Sequence record: SRR22947725_1617
Reading direction: 5' to 3' (one strand)
Length of the DNA: 40,407 nt
In this document: positions 1 through 9,249 of the stretch, one piece after another
Layout: each line of letters starts with the position of its first letter
How positions within the stretch are numbered: the first letter of the stretch is position 1
Program-made: the position numbers and the translations under genes
The notes under the pieces: generated by a model
The model's database searches: none
What the model saw: the letters and a program-made list of their open reading frames with translations, nothing else
What the model was told of the DNA's origin: nothing

Positions 1-29
1 AGATGCTCTACCAGCTGAGCTACCAAGTC
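1..29 (-). tRNA. 5' part of a tRNA gene (acceptor 5' strand, D-arm, start of anticodon stem), truncated by window edge; probably tRNA-Lys
   Basis: Reverse complement reads GACTTGG-TA-GCTC-AGCTGGTA-GAGC-A-TCT: 7-nt acceptor strand, U8-A9, GCTC/GAGC D-stem, GG in D-loop. The anticodon is outside the window; Lys is only from recalled resemblance to flavobacterial tRNA-Lys. Confidence 0.9.
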
Positions 30-49
30 TAAATATATTTTAGAGGCTG

Positions 50-57
50 CAAATATA
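50..57 (-). promoter_or_regulatory. Bacteroidota sigma70 -7 element (TATATTTG) for the tRNA
   Basis: Exact TAnnTTTG match about 20 nt upstream of the tRNA 5' end. Confidence 0.75.
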
Positions 58-136
58 GCTTCAATAAATTTATTAATCAAAGAGATTTTCTTATAAATTC
101 GTCTATCATAATTCTTTTATTAATATATTCACATTG

Positions 137-667
137 ATGATTAATTCACATATAGTTCTTCTTGGTTATATGGGTTGTGGTAAAACAACTATTTCTAGTA
201 AACTAGAAACAATTCTTAATCTTCCATCAATTGATCTTGATCAATTTATTGAGAATGAATTAAAAATGTCAATTTCTCAAATTTTTAATACTAAAGGTCA
301 GATTGAATATAGAAAAATTGAAAATAGATTTCTTAAAATATTATTAAATAAAAAAACAAAAAGTATTATTTCTTTGGGAGGAGGAACTCCTTGTTATCAT
401 AATAATATGGATTTTATTTTAGAGTGTTCTAAAAATGTTTTTTTTATTAAAACTAGTGCAGAGGTTCTTTCTTTTAGATTATTCAAAGAAAAATCTAAAA
501 GACCAATTATAAAATCAATATCCTCAATTTCTGAATTAAAAGATTTTATTTCTAAACATTTATTTGAAAGAATGATATTTTATAGTCAAGCCCATCATAT
601 AATCGATGATAATGATAAGGGGGCAGATTCTGTATGTAAAAAAATAGTTAGCAAGCTTATTTTATAA
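137..667 (+). CDS. aroK: shikimate kinase
   Basis: Walker A GYMGCGKTT, DLD, SLGGGTPC and RP motifs; ATG at 137 (TTG at 134 is an alternative). Confidence 0.93.
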   Translation: MINSHIVLLGYMGCGKTTISSKLETILNLPSIDLDQFIENELKMSISQIFNTKGQIEYRKIENRFLKILLNKKTKSIISLGGGTPCYHNNMDFILECSKNVFFIKTSAEVLSFRLFKEKSKRPIIKSISSISELKDFISKHLFERMIFYSQAHHIIDDNDKGADSVCKKIVSKLIL

Positions 668-1151
668 AAGCGTAGTTATTATTATCCTCAAAAACAACCT
701 CAACATGATCACTTATAAATGTTGATAATGAAATTCCTTTAAAATCAACTTTAATGGGAAACTTTTTATGATTCCTATCAATAAGAACTACTGTATTGAA
801 ATTTTTAGGTGTTATTTCTAGTAAGTGCTTAACACAATATATAAGGGTTTTACCTGTATGAAGAACATCGTCAACAAGAACAATTACCTTATTTTTCAAA
901 TATTCTTTTTTACAATCCAATTCAATTTCTTCTAGAGGATTTTTTTTATTTATTTTAATAGAAACTAATTTAATATTTGATTTAGAAATCTGTTTTAGTT
1001 CTTTATTAATTTTTTCAGCTAATGTATACCCGTTTTTGTGAACTCCTATTAATATTATTTCTGGATAATCTAAATTGTTTTCATGAATCTGATAGGCTAT
1101 TCTTTTTACAATTTTTTTAATTTGGTTAGTATTTAATATTTTATTTTTCAA
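657..1151 (-). CDS. PyrR-like type I phosphoribosyltransferase
   Basis: KRIAYQIHE N-terminus, PRPP loop VLVDDVLHTGKTL, LIDRNHKKFPIKVDFKG; TTG start. Confidence 0.85.
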   Translation of the reverse strand: MKNKILNTNQIKKIVKRIAYQIHENNLDYPEIILIGVHKNGYTLAEKINKELKQISKSNIKLVSIKINKKNPLEEIELDCKKEYLKNKVIVLVDDVLHTGKTLIYCVKHLLEITPKNFNTVVLIDRNHKKFPIKVDFKGISLSTFISDHVEVVFEDNNNYAFIK

Positions 1152-1173
1152 GGTTAAATTTTATTAAATATAA

Positions 1174-1533
1174 TTATTCATTTAGAAATTCATTGATATC
1201 TCTTCTTTCTTTTTTACTAGGTTTTCCTTTGAATTTAAAATTATTTTTAGTTTTCAATAGTATTTCTTTTTTTTCATTCTCAGACTGTGTAGTCAAATCT
1301 TTTAAATAAAGATCCACAATTTTAGCGCCAACTCTAGATGAGGGTAAATCTTTTATGTAGAAATTATATAATATTTGTTTTTTTTTCACACTAAACAATG
1401 ACCCGTTAAAAACATCAAATGATGGTTTAACAGATTTTCCATCAATTTTAATATGACCTTTTTTACAAGAATTACTGGCAATAGTTCTTGATTTAAAAAT
1501 TCTTGTATACCAAAGAAATAGATCAATTCTCAT
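1174..1533 (-). CDS. hslR: S4-domain ribosome-associated heat shock protein Hsp15
   Basis: MRIDLFLWYTRIFKSR S4 motif and C-terminal GKPSKKERR; ATG at 1533. Confidence 0.85.
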   Translation of the reverse strand: MRIDLFLWYTRIFKSRTIASNSCKKGHIKIDGKSVKPSFDVFNGSLFSVKKKQILYNFYIKDLPSSRVGAKIVDLYLKDLTTQSENEKKEILLKTKNNFKFKGKPSKKERRDINEFLNE

Positions 1534-1578
1534 TAACAAATAAAATATAAAATTTAATTCAGAAATATAAGAAAATTG

Positions 1579-1586
1579 TATCTTGC
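1579..1586 (+). promoter_or_regulatory. -7 element variant (TATCTTGC) for the FKBP lipoprotein
   Basis: Near-consensus element 16 nt before the ATG at 1603. Confidence 0.5.
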
Positions 1587-1602
1587 GACATATTTATTTT
1601 AA

Positions 1603-2505
1603 ATGAAAAAATTGTTCAGAAATATTATATTTTTTTTATCGGTTGTTATTTTATTTAATTCTTGTGGTGGAACTGATGACGAAGAAACTGATTCTGTTCC
1701 TATGGAACCAATTTCGACTCAGTATGTAATTGAAAACGATTCCATAATTGAATTTATGCAAACACATTTTTACAATTATGAAGATTTCACTAATCTTTCT
1801 TCAAACAGTACTATTGAACTGATTATTGATACAATTTCAGGCGATAATAGTGATAAAATTTCCTTGTTCGATCAAGTAACTACTCTAAGTATTGATATTC
1901 TTGATGAAAATGACGAAGTTGTTCCTCATAATTTGTACTACATTATTAATCGTGAAGGAAGTGGCCAAAGCCCTACTGTTGCCGATTCAGTTTTTGTTTC
2001 ATATAAAGGCCTAACCTTGGGTAATAATGTTTTTGATTCGAGAAAGAATCCAGTATGGTTAGACAATACAACTGTAGTCAGAGGTTTTAAAGAATTTAAT
2101 GCATTATTAAAAAGAGGTGATATTTCAACAAATCCAAACGGTACTTATGAATTTAATAATTTCGGAGTAGGGTTTGTTATAATGCCATCTTTTTTAGGTT
2201 ATTATGAAAATAATACCGCTACAATACCAGCTTATTCACCACTAATTTTTCAAGTTAACATGCATACTATGAATACCGCTGATCATGATGCTGACGGAAT
2301 AAACTCTATTGATGAAGATTTAAATGGTGATCATATTTTTAGTAATGATGATACGGATTCAGATAATATACCAAATTACAGAGATAGAGATGATGATGGA
2401 GATGGTATTCTAACTGAAGATGAATATGACGAGGATGGAGATGGTATCCCTGATGATTCTGACGGAGATGGTATTCCTGATTATTTAGATAATGATGAAA
2501 ATTAG
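1603..2505 (+). CDS. FKBP-type peptidyl-prolyl isomerase lipoprotein with acidic DxDxDG C-terminal tail
   Basis: Lipobox LFNSC; FKBP motifs VSYKG..FD, VVRGFKE, MPSFLGY, IPAYSPLIFQV; Asp-rich repeats at the C-terminus. Confidence 0.85.
   Translation: MKKLFRNIIFFLSVVILFNSCGGTDDEETDSVPMEPISTQYVIENDSIIEFMQTHFYNYEDFTNLSSNSTIELIIDTISGDNSDKISLFDQVTTLSIDILDENDEVVPHNLYYIINREGSGQSPTVADSVFVSYKGLTLGNNVFDSRKNPVWLDNTTVVRGFKEFNALLKRGDISTNPNGTYEFNNFGVGFVIMPSFLGYYENNTATIPAYSPLIFQVNMHTMNTADHDADGINSIDEDLNGDHIFSNDDTDSDNIPNYRDRDDDGDGILTEDEYDEDGDGIPDDSDGDGIPDYLDNDEN
2281..2490 (+). repeat. coding repeats of DxDxDG/DxDxDN (putative Ca2+-binding, thrombospondin type-3-like)
   Basis: DHDADG, DLNGD, DTDSDN, DDDGDG, DEDGDG, DSDGDG; GGAGATGGTATYC at 2398, 2437 and 2464. 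Confidence 0.8.
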
Positions 2506-2508
2506 TAT

Positions 2509-3126
2509 TTATAAATAATAAGATACTCCTAAAAGATATAAGCGTCCTTGTGATGTTATATATTGATTTTTAATTTCCGCTTTATTTTCCATAAAATTAA
2601 TTTCATTTTCAGAAAAACCTCTTTCAGCTCTGAGGTCAATTTCAAATTTTCCAAATTTCAAACCTATTCCATATTGTAATCCTAAAGTGTATTGGTTTTT
2701 TAAATCATTTAAACCAATATTATCGTAGCTCACATTTTTAATAAACTCGAATCTTGGTCCAGCAAAAAGATTCACCAATCCAAATACTTTATAACCTAAC
2801 ATTACAGGAACATCAATTTTATGTTGATTAAAATCTGTTACAATATTTTCTGTTCGAACTAAAACATATGGAATATCATAACTGTTTTTTATTTTAGAAT
2901 AAATTATTTCTGGTCTTATAAAAAAATCATTAATTGATAGTTTGAGAAACACTCCAATATGTTGTCCATTTCTTGACTCAAAAATGTTTATACTATTATC
3001 AATTGATTCGATTTTAGAATTTATATTTAAATTGCTATTAAAACTTATACCACCTTTTAAGCCATATTCAAATTGTGAAAATGCACTAAGGGAAATAATT
3101 AAGAATAATAAATTAATTTTTTTCAC
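2509..3126 (-). CDS. small outer-membrane beta-barrel (porin family) protein
   Basis: Signal peptide then Q-FEYGLKGG, FFIRPEIIY, IDVPVMLGYK, amphipathic strands, terminal LGVSYYL; GTG start. Confidence 0.75.
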   Translation of the reverse strand: MKKINLLFLIISLSAFSQFEYGLKGGISFNSNLNINSKIESIDNSINIFESRNGQHIGVFLKLSINDFFIRPEIIYSKIKNSYDIPYVLVRTENIVTDFNQHKIDVPVMLGYKVFGLVNLFAGPRFEFIKNVSYDNIGLNDLKNQYTLGLQYGIGLKFGKFEIDLRAERGFSENEINFMENKAEIKNQYITSQGRLYLLGVSYYL

Positions 3127-4084
3127 TCTCTTTTTTTCTTTTAATAACTTTTAAACTTAAATCTATTATGGATTTGTAATTAATTCCATATTTATCCATT
3201 AGTTGGGCTGGTGTTCCAGATTCACCAAATGTATCGTTTGTTGCTACAAATTCTTGAGGAACTGGTATGTTTTTAACCAATACTCTTGCTACACTTTCTC
3301 CTAATCCACCTAAAAAATTATGCTCTTCAGCAGTTACTACACATCCTGTTTTTGAAACAGACTTTATAATAGCTTTTTCGTCTAAAGGTTTTATTGTGTG
3401 TATGTTTATTACATCTGCTGAAACACCTTGTTTGTTTAAAATTTTTGAAGCTTCTAAGGCTTCCCAAACTAAATGGCCGGTAGCTATAATAGTAACATCA
3501 CTACCCTCAAGTAATTTTACAGCTTTTCCTATTTCAAAAACTTGATTTTCAGGTGTAAAGACAGGTACTGCTGGCCTCCCAAATCTTAAATAGACAGGAC
3601 CGATGTAATCCGCAATAGCAATTGTAGCAGCTTTTGTTTGGTTGTAATCACATGGATTAATAACTACCATACCAGGAAGCATTTTCATTAGGCCGATATC
3701 TTCAAGTATTTGATGTGTTGCTCCATCTTCACCAAGTGTTACCCCAGCGTGAGAAGCACAAATCTTAACATTTTTTCCAGAGTAAGCGATTGATTGTCTT
3801 ATTTGGTCATAAACTCTTCCAGTAGAAAAATTAGCAAAAGTACCAGTAAAAGGAATCTTACCGCCAATTGTTAATCCTGCTGCTATACCCATCATGTTTG
3901 CTTCAGCAATTCCGATCTGAAAAAATCTATTAGGATTTTCTTCAATAAATTTATTCATTTTTAATGATCCGATAAGATCTGCACAAAGCGCAACAACATT
4001 TGGATTTTTTCTTCCAAGTTCCGCTAATCCGGCTCCAAAACCACTTCTTGTATCTTTTTTTTCTGTGTAAGTATATTCTTTCAT
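3113..4084 (-). CDS. transketolase, C-terminal (pyrimidine-binding) subunit
   Basis: ADL, GIAEANM, GEDGATHQ, GPVYLRFGR, TIKPLD, EEH motifs. Confidence 0.93.
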   Translation of the reverse strand: MKEYTYTEKKDTRSGFGAGLAELGRKNPNVVALCADLIGSLKMNKFIEENPNRFFQIGIAEANMMGIAAGLTIGGKIPFTGTFANFSTGRVYDQIRQSIAYSGKNVKICASHAGVTLGEDGATHQILEDIGLMKMLPGMVVINPCDYNQTKAATIAIADYIGPVYLRFGRPAVPVFTPENQVFEIGKAVKLLEGSDVTIIATGHLVWEALEASKILNKQGVSADVINIHTIKPLDEKAIIKSVSKTGCVVTAEEHNFLGGLGESVARVLVKNIPVPQEFVATNDTFGESGTPAQLMDKYGINYKSIIDLSLKVIKRKKESEKN

Positions 4085-4101
4085 TGTTAAGTGGTTTTTA
4101 A

Positions 4102-4941
4102 TTAATAATCTCCAAAAGTTTCTTTGTTTTGAGAAAGGGCAGAAGCCAGTTGTTCATCATTTGGTGCTTTTCCATGCCATGCGTGAGTATGCATCATAAA
4201 ATCCACACCATTACCCATCATTGTATTAAGTAATATACAAATAGGTTTTTCATTACCGCAAAGTGATTTCGCAGTTAACAATCCTTTTGAAATATCTTCA
4301 ATATTATTCCCTTTTTTAATTTCTAACACATCCCATCCAAAAGCTTCAAATTTTTCTTTGATACTTCCCATTGGAAGTACATCATCAGTTGCTCCGTCAA
4401 TTTGTTTTCCGTTCAAATCAACAGTAGCAATCAGATTATCAATTTTCTTAGCTGAAGCATACATAATTGCTTCCCAATTTTGGCCTTCTTGTAATTCCCC
4501 ATCACCCATAAGTACATAAACTAAATTTGAATCGTTGTTTAGTTTTTTGGCTTCAGCAGCTCCAATAGCAACTGATAATCCTTGACCAAGAGATCCGGAA
4601 GCAATTCTAATGCCTGGTAGACCTTCATGAGTTGTAGGATGGCCTTGTAATCTAGAATCCAGTAATCTAAATGTATTTAATTCTTCAACGGGAAAATATC
4701 CAGTTCTAGCTAAAACACTGTAAAAAACAGGCGAAATATGACCATTAGACAAGAAAAATATATCTTCATTAATTCCATCCATATCAAAATCTTCTTTTCT
4801 AATCATGATTTCATTGTAAAGCACAACTAAAAATTCAGCACATCCTAAAGATCCTCCAGGATGTCCAGAATTAACTTTATGAACCATTCTAAGAATGTCT
4901 CTTCTTACTTGAGTAGTTAACTCATTTAAATTGTTTTGCAT
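4102..4941 (-). CDS. transketolase, N-terminal (ThDP-binding) subunit
   Basis: SGHPGGSLG, LSNGH, LQGHP, GSLGQG, GDGELQEGQNWEA, WHGKAP. Confidence 0.93.
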   Translation of the reverse strand: MQNNLNELTTQVRRDILRMVHKVNSGHPGGSLGCAEFLVVLYNEIMIRKEDFDMDGINEDIFFLSNGHISPVFYSVLARTGYFPVEELNTFRLLDSRLQGHPTTHEGLPGIRIASGSLGQGLSVAIGAAEAKKLNNDSNLVYVLMGDGELQEGQNWEAIMYASAKKIDNLIATVDLNGKQIDGATDDVLPMGSIKEKFEAFGWDVLEIKKGNNIEDISKGLLTAKSLCGNEKPICILLNTMMGNGVDFMMHTHAWHGKAPNDEQLASALSQNKETFGDY

Positions 4942-4986
4942 AGATTATTTATATAATTATAAATTTAATTATATAGACATCCATAG

Positions 4987-4994
4987 CAAACTTA
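4987..4994 (-). promoter_or_regulatory. -7 element (TAAGTTTG) for the transketolase operon
   Basis: Exact TAnnTTTG on the minus strand of the divergent tkt/tgt spacer. Confidence 0.65.
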
Positions 4995-5060
4995 TTTTGA
5001 TAATTAAATACATAATTAATTAACAATTGTAAATAGATAATTTTAATAACTATAGATGAT

Positions 5061-5068
5061 TATATTTG
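5061..5068 (+). promoter_or_regulatory. -7 element (TATATTTG) for tgt operon
   Basis: Exact TAnnTTTG 12 nt before ATG 5081; the track's TTG start at 5066 lies inside this element. Confidence 0.7.
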
Positions 5069-5080
5069 GTCTTTTGTTAT

Positions 5081-6211
5081 ATGAAATTTAAATTAGAACA
5101 TAAGGATTCTGAAACTAAAGCTCGAGCTTGTAAAATTGAAACTGATCATGGAGTTATACAAACTCCAATTTTTATGCCCGTTGGTACAGCTGCTTCTGTT
5201 AAAGGAGTAGATCAAATGGTTTTAAAAAATGAAATTAATCCTGATGTAATTTTAGCAAATAATTATCATTTATATTTAAGACCAGGACCTGAAATTATTT
5301 CAGAAGCAGGAGGAATCCATAAGTTTATGAATTGGAAATCTCCAATTCTTACAGACAGTGGAGGATATCAAGTTTATTCTTTATCTGCAAATAGAAAAAT
5401 TAATGAAGAAGGGGTTAAGTTTAAATCTCATATTGATGGCTCTTTTCATTTTTTCACACCTGAAAGAGCAATAAACATTCAGAAATCAATTGGAGCCGAT
5501 ATAATAATGGCCTTTGATGAATGCACTCCTTATCCATGTGAATATAATTATGCTAAAAAATCTATGCATATGACACATAGATGGTTGATTAGATGCATCA
5601 ATGAGTTTAAGAAAACCGATCCAAAACATGGCTATTCTCAAACTTTGTTTCCTATTGTGCAGGGTAGTGTATATAAAGATTTAAGATTACAATCTGCAGA
5701 ATTTATATCTGAAACCAATTCTTTTGGAAATGCTATTGGAGGTTTATCTGTTGGTGAACCTGCTGAAGAAATGTATGCTATGACTGAAGTTGTATGTAAT
5801 GTACTTCCTGAAGAAAAACCTAGATATTTAATGGGAGTGGGTACTCCTATTAATTTATTAGAAAATATTGCACTTGGTGTAGATATGTTTGATTGTGTAA
5901 TGCCAACAAGAAATGCAAGAAATGGTATGCTATTTACAGCTCAGGGAAGAATTAATATTAAAAATAAAAAATGGGAAAATGATTTCAGTCCTTTGGATAA
6001 TGATAATTATTCATATGTTGACACGTACTATTCAAAAGCATATTTAAGACACTTATTTACTGTAAAAGAGGCTGTAGGAAGACAAATTGCAACAATTCAT
6101 AACTTAGCCTTCTATTTATGGCTGGTCAGAGAAGCTAGAAATCAAATTTTAAATGGTACTTTTTTAACTTGGAAAAAACTAATGGTTAGACAAATGGATA
6201 ATAAATTATAA
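5081..6211 (+). CDS. tgt: tRNA-guanine transglycosylase (queuosine)
   Basis: TPIFMPVGT, NYHL, TDSGGYQV, DECTPYP, QG, GGLSVGE, RYLMGVG, DMFDCVMPTRNARNG. Confidence 0.96.
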   Translation: MKFKLEHKDSETKARACKIETDHGVIQTPIFMPVGTAASVKGVDQMVLKNEINPDVILANNYHLYLRPGPEIISEAGGIHKFMNWKSPILTDSGGYQVYSLSANRKINEEGVKFKSHIDGSFHFFTPERAINIQKSIGADIIMAFDECTPYPCEYNYAKKSMHMTHRWLIRCINEFKKTDPKHGYSQTLFPIVQGSVYKDLRLQSAEFISETNSFGNAIGGLSVGEPAEEMYAMTEVVCNVLPEEKPRYLMGVGTPINLLENIALGVDMFDCVMPTRNARNGMLFTAQGRINIKNKKWENDFSPLDNDNYSYVDTYYSKAYLRHLFTVKEAVGRQIATIHNLAFYLWLVREARNQILNGTFLTWKKLMVRQMDNKL

Positions 6212-6215
6212 TTTT

Positions 6216-7292
6216 TTGAAAATTTTAGATAACTATATAATTAAAAAATATTTGATAACATTTACTGCAATGTTATTATTATTTATTCCAATTGGAATAT
6301 TAGTTGATTTATCTGAAAAAATAGATAAATTAAAAGAATTCGACGTGCCGTTTAATGAAATTGTAGATTATTATTTAAATTTTGTTTGGTATTTCGGAAA
6401 TACTCTTTATCCAATTTTTGTTTTTTTAGCTGTAATATGGTTTACATCAAAAATAGCCAATAATTCAGAAGTTATTGCCATTCTAAGTTCAGGTATTTCT
6501 TTTAATAGATATTTAAAGCCATTTATGATTGCAGCTTCAATTATAGCTGTTTTTGCCCTTTTTTCAGGCATGTTTATAGTTCCAGAAAAGAATAAAAAAT
6601 ATAATGAATTTCAATATAAATATTTGAAAAAAAATAAAAAATCAAGAGAAACTTCTAAGATTTACAAACAGGTTAATGAAAACGATTTTATTTATGTGAG
6701 TAGTTATAATCCTACAAGAGAAATGGCTTATGATTTTTCTTATGAAAAATTTATCGATAATTCTTTAAGTTATAAAATAACTGCCCGAAACATCAGATGG
6801 GTTTCAGAAGATAGTATATATCGTTTGAACGATTATTTTAAAAGAACTTTCAAGAACGACAGTCAGTTAATTGAATCTAAAAGAATTAAAGACACAATAT
6901 TTTCTTTTAAAATCGATGAACTTTCTAGTCTAAATTATATGGCAGAAACACAAAATTTTTTTCAGCTTAATGATTTTATTGATAAAGAAATTGAAAGTGG
7001 ATCTCCATTAATAAATAATCATTTATTAGTTAGACATAAAAGATGGAGTATACCTTTTTCTACATTTGTATTAACATTGCTTGCTGTCTCTGTTTCATCA
7101 TTCAAAAGAAGGGAAGGAATGGGAATTAATTTAGCATTTGGTATCATTACTGCTTTTACATTTGTTTTTTTTGATAAGTTTTTTGCAGTGATGGTAAGTA
7201 AATCAAATTTATCTCCTTTTTTAGGTGCATGGATACCAAATTTTGCTTTTTTATTATTAGCTATTTATTTTTTGAAAAATGCAAAAAAATAA
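6216..7292 (+). CDS. LptF/LptG family LPS export permease
   Basis: MKILDNYIIKKYL start, 3 TM + periplasmic domain + 3 TM, SEVIAILSSGISFNR, AWIPN; TTG start. Confidence 0.88.
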   Translation: MKILDNYIIKKYLITFTAMLLLFIPIGILVDLSEKIDKLKEFDVPFNEIVDYYLNFVWYFGNTLYPIFVFLAVIWFTSKIANNSEVIAILSSGISFNRYLKPFMIAASIIAVFALFSGMFIVPEKNKKYNEFQYKYLKKNKKSRETSKIYKQVNENDFIYVSSYNPTREMAYDFSYEKFIDNSLSYKITARNIRWVSEDSIYRLNDYFKRTFKNDSQLIESKRIKDTIFSFKIDELSSLNYMAETQNFFQLNDFIDKEIESGSPLINNHLLVRHKRWSIPFSTFVLTLLAVSVSSFKRREGMGINLAFGIITAFTFVFFDKFFAVMVSKSNLSPFLGAWIPNFAFLLLAIYFLKNAKK

Positions 7293-8163
7293 ACTTAATA
7301 GTTTTTTACATTTCCATTTTATAGTTTTCATTTTTGGATTTACTGCAATACTAGGTTCATTAATATCTGTAAGCTCTTTAAGTTTAGTTTGGTATAGAAT
7401 GTTAATTGCTTTTGTTATTTTAATACTTTTTGCAATAATTTTTAAAATAAACATAAAAGTTTCTAATAAGATTCTAATTAAATTGCTTTTTTGCGGAGTA
7501 TTAATTTCTTTACATTGGATTACTTTTTTTCAAGCGATTAAAGTTTCTAATGTCTCAATTACCCTTAGTGTGCTTTCATTAGGGGCATTTTTAACTTCAT
7601 TTTTGGAACCTTTATTTTATAAACGAAAAATAATCCCATATGAAATTTTTTTAGGAATTTTTGTTGTTATTGGTACTTCTTTAATCTTTAAATCTCAATA
7701 TTATTATATTGAAGGTATCTTTTATGCCTTAATTTCAGTTTTTCTTAGTGTGGTTTTTGGATTACTTAATGGAAAGCTTATTAAAGAGTCTAGTTCTTTG
7801 GTAATAACAATCTATGAACTTTTAGGTGGAGTCATATTAATAACTTTGATCTTAATTTTTCTTGGTGATTTTAATACTGAGTTTTTTAAACTTTCTAGTT
7901 CTGACTGGTTCTGGCTATTGTTATTAGGATCAGTATGTACAGCTTATGCTTTTGTCATCTCTGTTGAAGTTTTAAAACATTTATCTCCTTATTCATTAAT
8001 GATATCCATCAACATGGAGCCAGTTTATGGTATTATTTTAGCAATAATTATTCTAAATGAAAACAGTCAGCTTTCTATAGAATTTTATATTGGCTTTATT
8101 ATAATTTTTATATCTGTTATTTTAAATGGAATTATAAAGCTTCGTAAAAATAAAATTATTTAA
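7279..8163 (+). CDS. EamA/DMT family transporter
   Basis: About 10 hydrophobic helices in two repeats, LVWYRM, HWITFFQAIK, NMEPVYGI. Confidence 0.85.
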   Translation: MQKNKLNSFLHFHFIVFIFGFTAILGSLISVSSLSLVWYRMLIAFVILILFAIIFKINIKVSNKILIKLLFCGVLISLHWITFFQAIKVSNVSITLSVLSLGAFLTSFLEPLFYKRKIIPYEIFLGIFVVIGTSLIFKSQYYYIEGIFYALISVFLSVVFGLLNGKLIKESSSLVITIYELLGGVILITLILIFLGDFNTEFFKLSSSDWFWLLLLGSVCTAYAFVISVEVLKHLSPYSLMISINMEPVYGIILAIIILNENSQLSIEFYIGFIIIFISVILNGIIKLRKNKII

Positions 8164-8177
8164 TTTTTTTTTATTTA

Positions 8178-8185
8178 TATATTTG
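8178..8185 (+). promoter_or_regulatory. -7 element (TATATTTG) for accA
   Basis: Exact TAnnTTTG 17 nt before the ATG. Confidence 0.7.
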
Positions 8186-8202
8186 AAAAATATTTTAATT
8201 GT

Positions 8203-9156
8203 ATGGAATATTTAGACTTTGAATCTCCTTTAAAAGAATTAGAGGACCAGCTAGCTGAATGCAAATTAATTGGTGATAAATCTGAGATAGATGTTTCTGA
8301 GACTTGCGAAAAATTGTTAACAAAAATTGATATTACCAAACGTGATATTTATAATAACATTAGCCCATGGCAAAGAGTACAACTTTCTAGACATCCCTCT
8401 AGACCATATACATTAGATTATATTCAAGCTTTAACAAACGGATCATTTTTAGAATTGCATGGCGACAGGAATATAGGTGATGATAAAGCCATGATTGGTG
8501 GATTCGGAAAAATTAATGATCAATCATTTCTGTTTATCGGTCAGCAAAAGGGATATAATACAAAAACACGTCAATATCGTAATTTTGGTATGGCTAACCC
8601 TGAAGGGTACAGAAAAGCATTAAGACTTATGAAGTCTGCAGAGAAATTTAATATCCCTATTGTTACTTTAATTGACACACCTGGTGCTTTTCCTGGATTA
8701 GAAGCTGAAGAAAGGGGGCAAGGAGAAGCCATAGCACGAAATATTTTTGAAATGTTTAATATTAGAACTCAAATTATTTCAATTGTAATAGGTGAGGGTG
8801 CTTCTGGTGGAGCTTTGGGTATTGCAATAGGAGATCATGTAATGATGCTAGAAAACACCTGGTACTCTGTTATATCTCCTGAATCTTGTTCATCAATTCT
8901 TTGGAGAAGTTGGGATTATAAAGAGAAAGCTGCTGAAGCTTTAAAATTAACACCTAACGATATGAAAAAGTATAAGTTAATTGATAAAATTATTTCTGAA
9001 CCTCTAGGAGGAGCTCATAATGATAGAGAAAAGATTTTTAAATCTGTTAAAAAGGCTATTATCAATTCATTTAATTTATTGTCTCAAAAAAATATGGAAG
9101 ACCTTATTAATGATAGAATGGATAAGTTTACTTCGATGGGTGTGTTTGACGAATAA
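8203..9156 (+). CDS. accA: acetyl-CoA carboxylase carboxyltransferase alpha subunit
   Basis: [49 protein letters not shown]. Confidence 0.97.
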   Translation: MEYLDFESPLKELEDQLAECKLIGDKSEIDVSETCEKLLTKIDITKRDIYNNISPWQRVQLSRHPSRPYTLDYIQALTNGSFLELHGDRNIGDDKAMIGGFGKINDQSFLFIGQQKGYNTKTRQYRNFGMANPEGYRKALRLMKSAEKFNIPIVTLIDTPGAFPGLEAEERGQGEAIARNIFEMFNIRTQIISIVIGEGASGGALGIAIGDHVMMLENTWYSVISPESCSSILWRSWDYKEKAAEALKLTPNDMKKYKLIDKIISEPLGGAHNDREKIFKSVKKAIINSFNLLSQKNMEDLINDRMDKFTSMGVFDE

Positions 9157-9166
9157 AAACTTCTTG

Positions 9167-9197
9167 ATATTAACAAATAATTTGATTTATTAACAAA
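9167..9197. promoter_or_regulatory. direct repeat TATTAACAAA x2 (20-bp period), DnaA-box-like, upstream of dnaB
   Basis: ATATTAACA at 9167-9175 and TTATTAACA at 9187-9195 compared with canonical TTATCCACA. Confidence 0.4.
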
Positions 9198-9249
9198 CTC
9201 TTGTTTGTTTTATAATTCTCTTTTATAGTTAAATCTATTTAACTTTTTC

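Noticed and set aside
1..136. tRNA as an integration site for an island
   Set aside because: Only the tRNA 5' side is in the window, it is flanked by core genes, and no integrase or att repeat is visible
2942..3545. Plus-strand ORFs 2942-3154 and 3267-3545
   Set aside because: Antisense shadows of the porin and transketolase genes, with no motifs
3113..4941. Split transketolase as a frameshifted or novel gene
   Set aside because: Two-subunit transketolases are common, and both halves have proper starts, stops and motifs
7257..7454. Minus-strand 65-aa ORF
   Set aside because: Antisense to lptF/G and EamA
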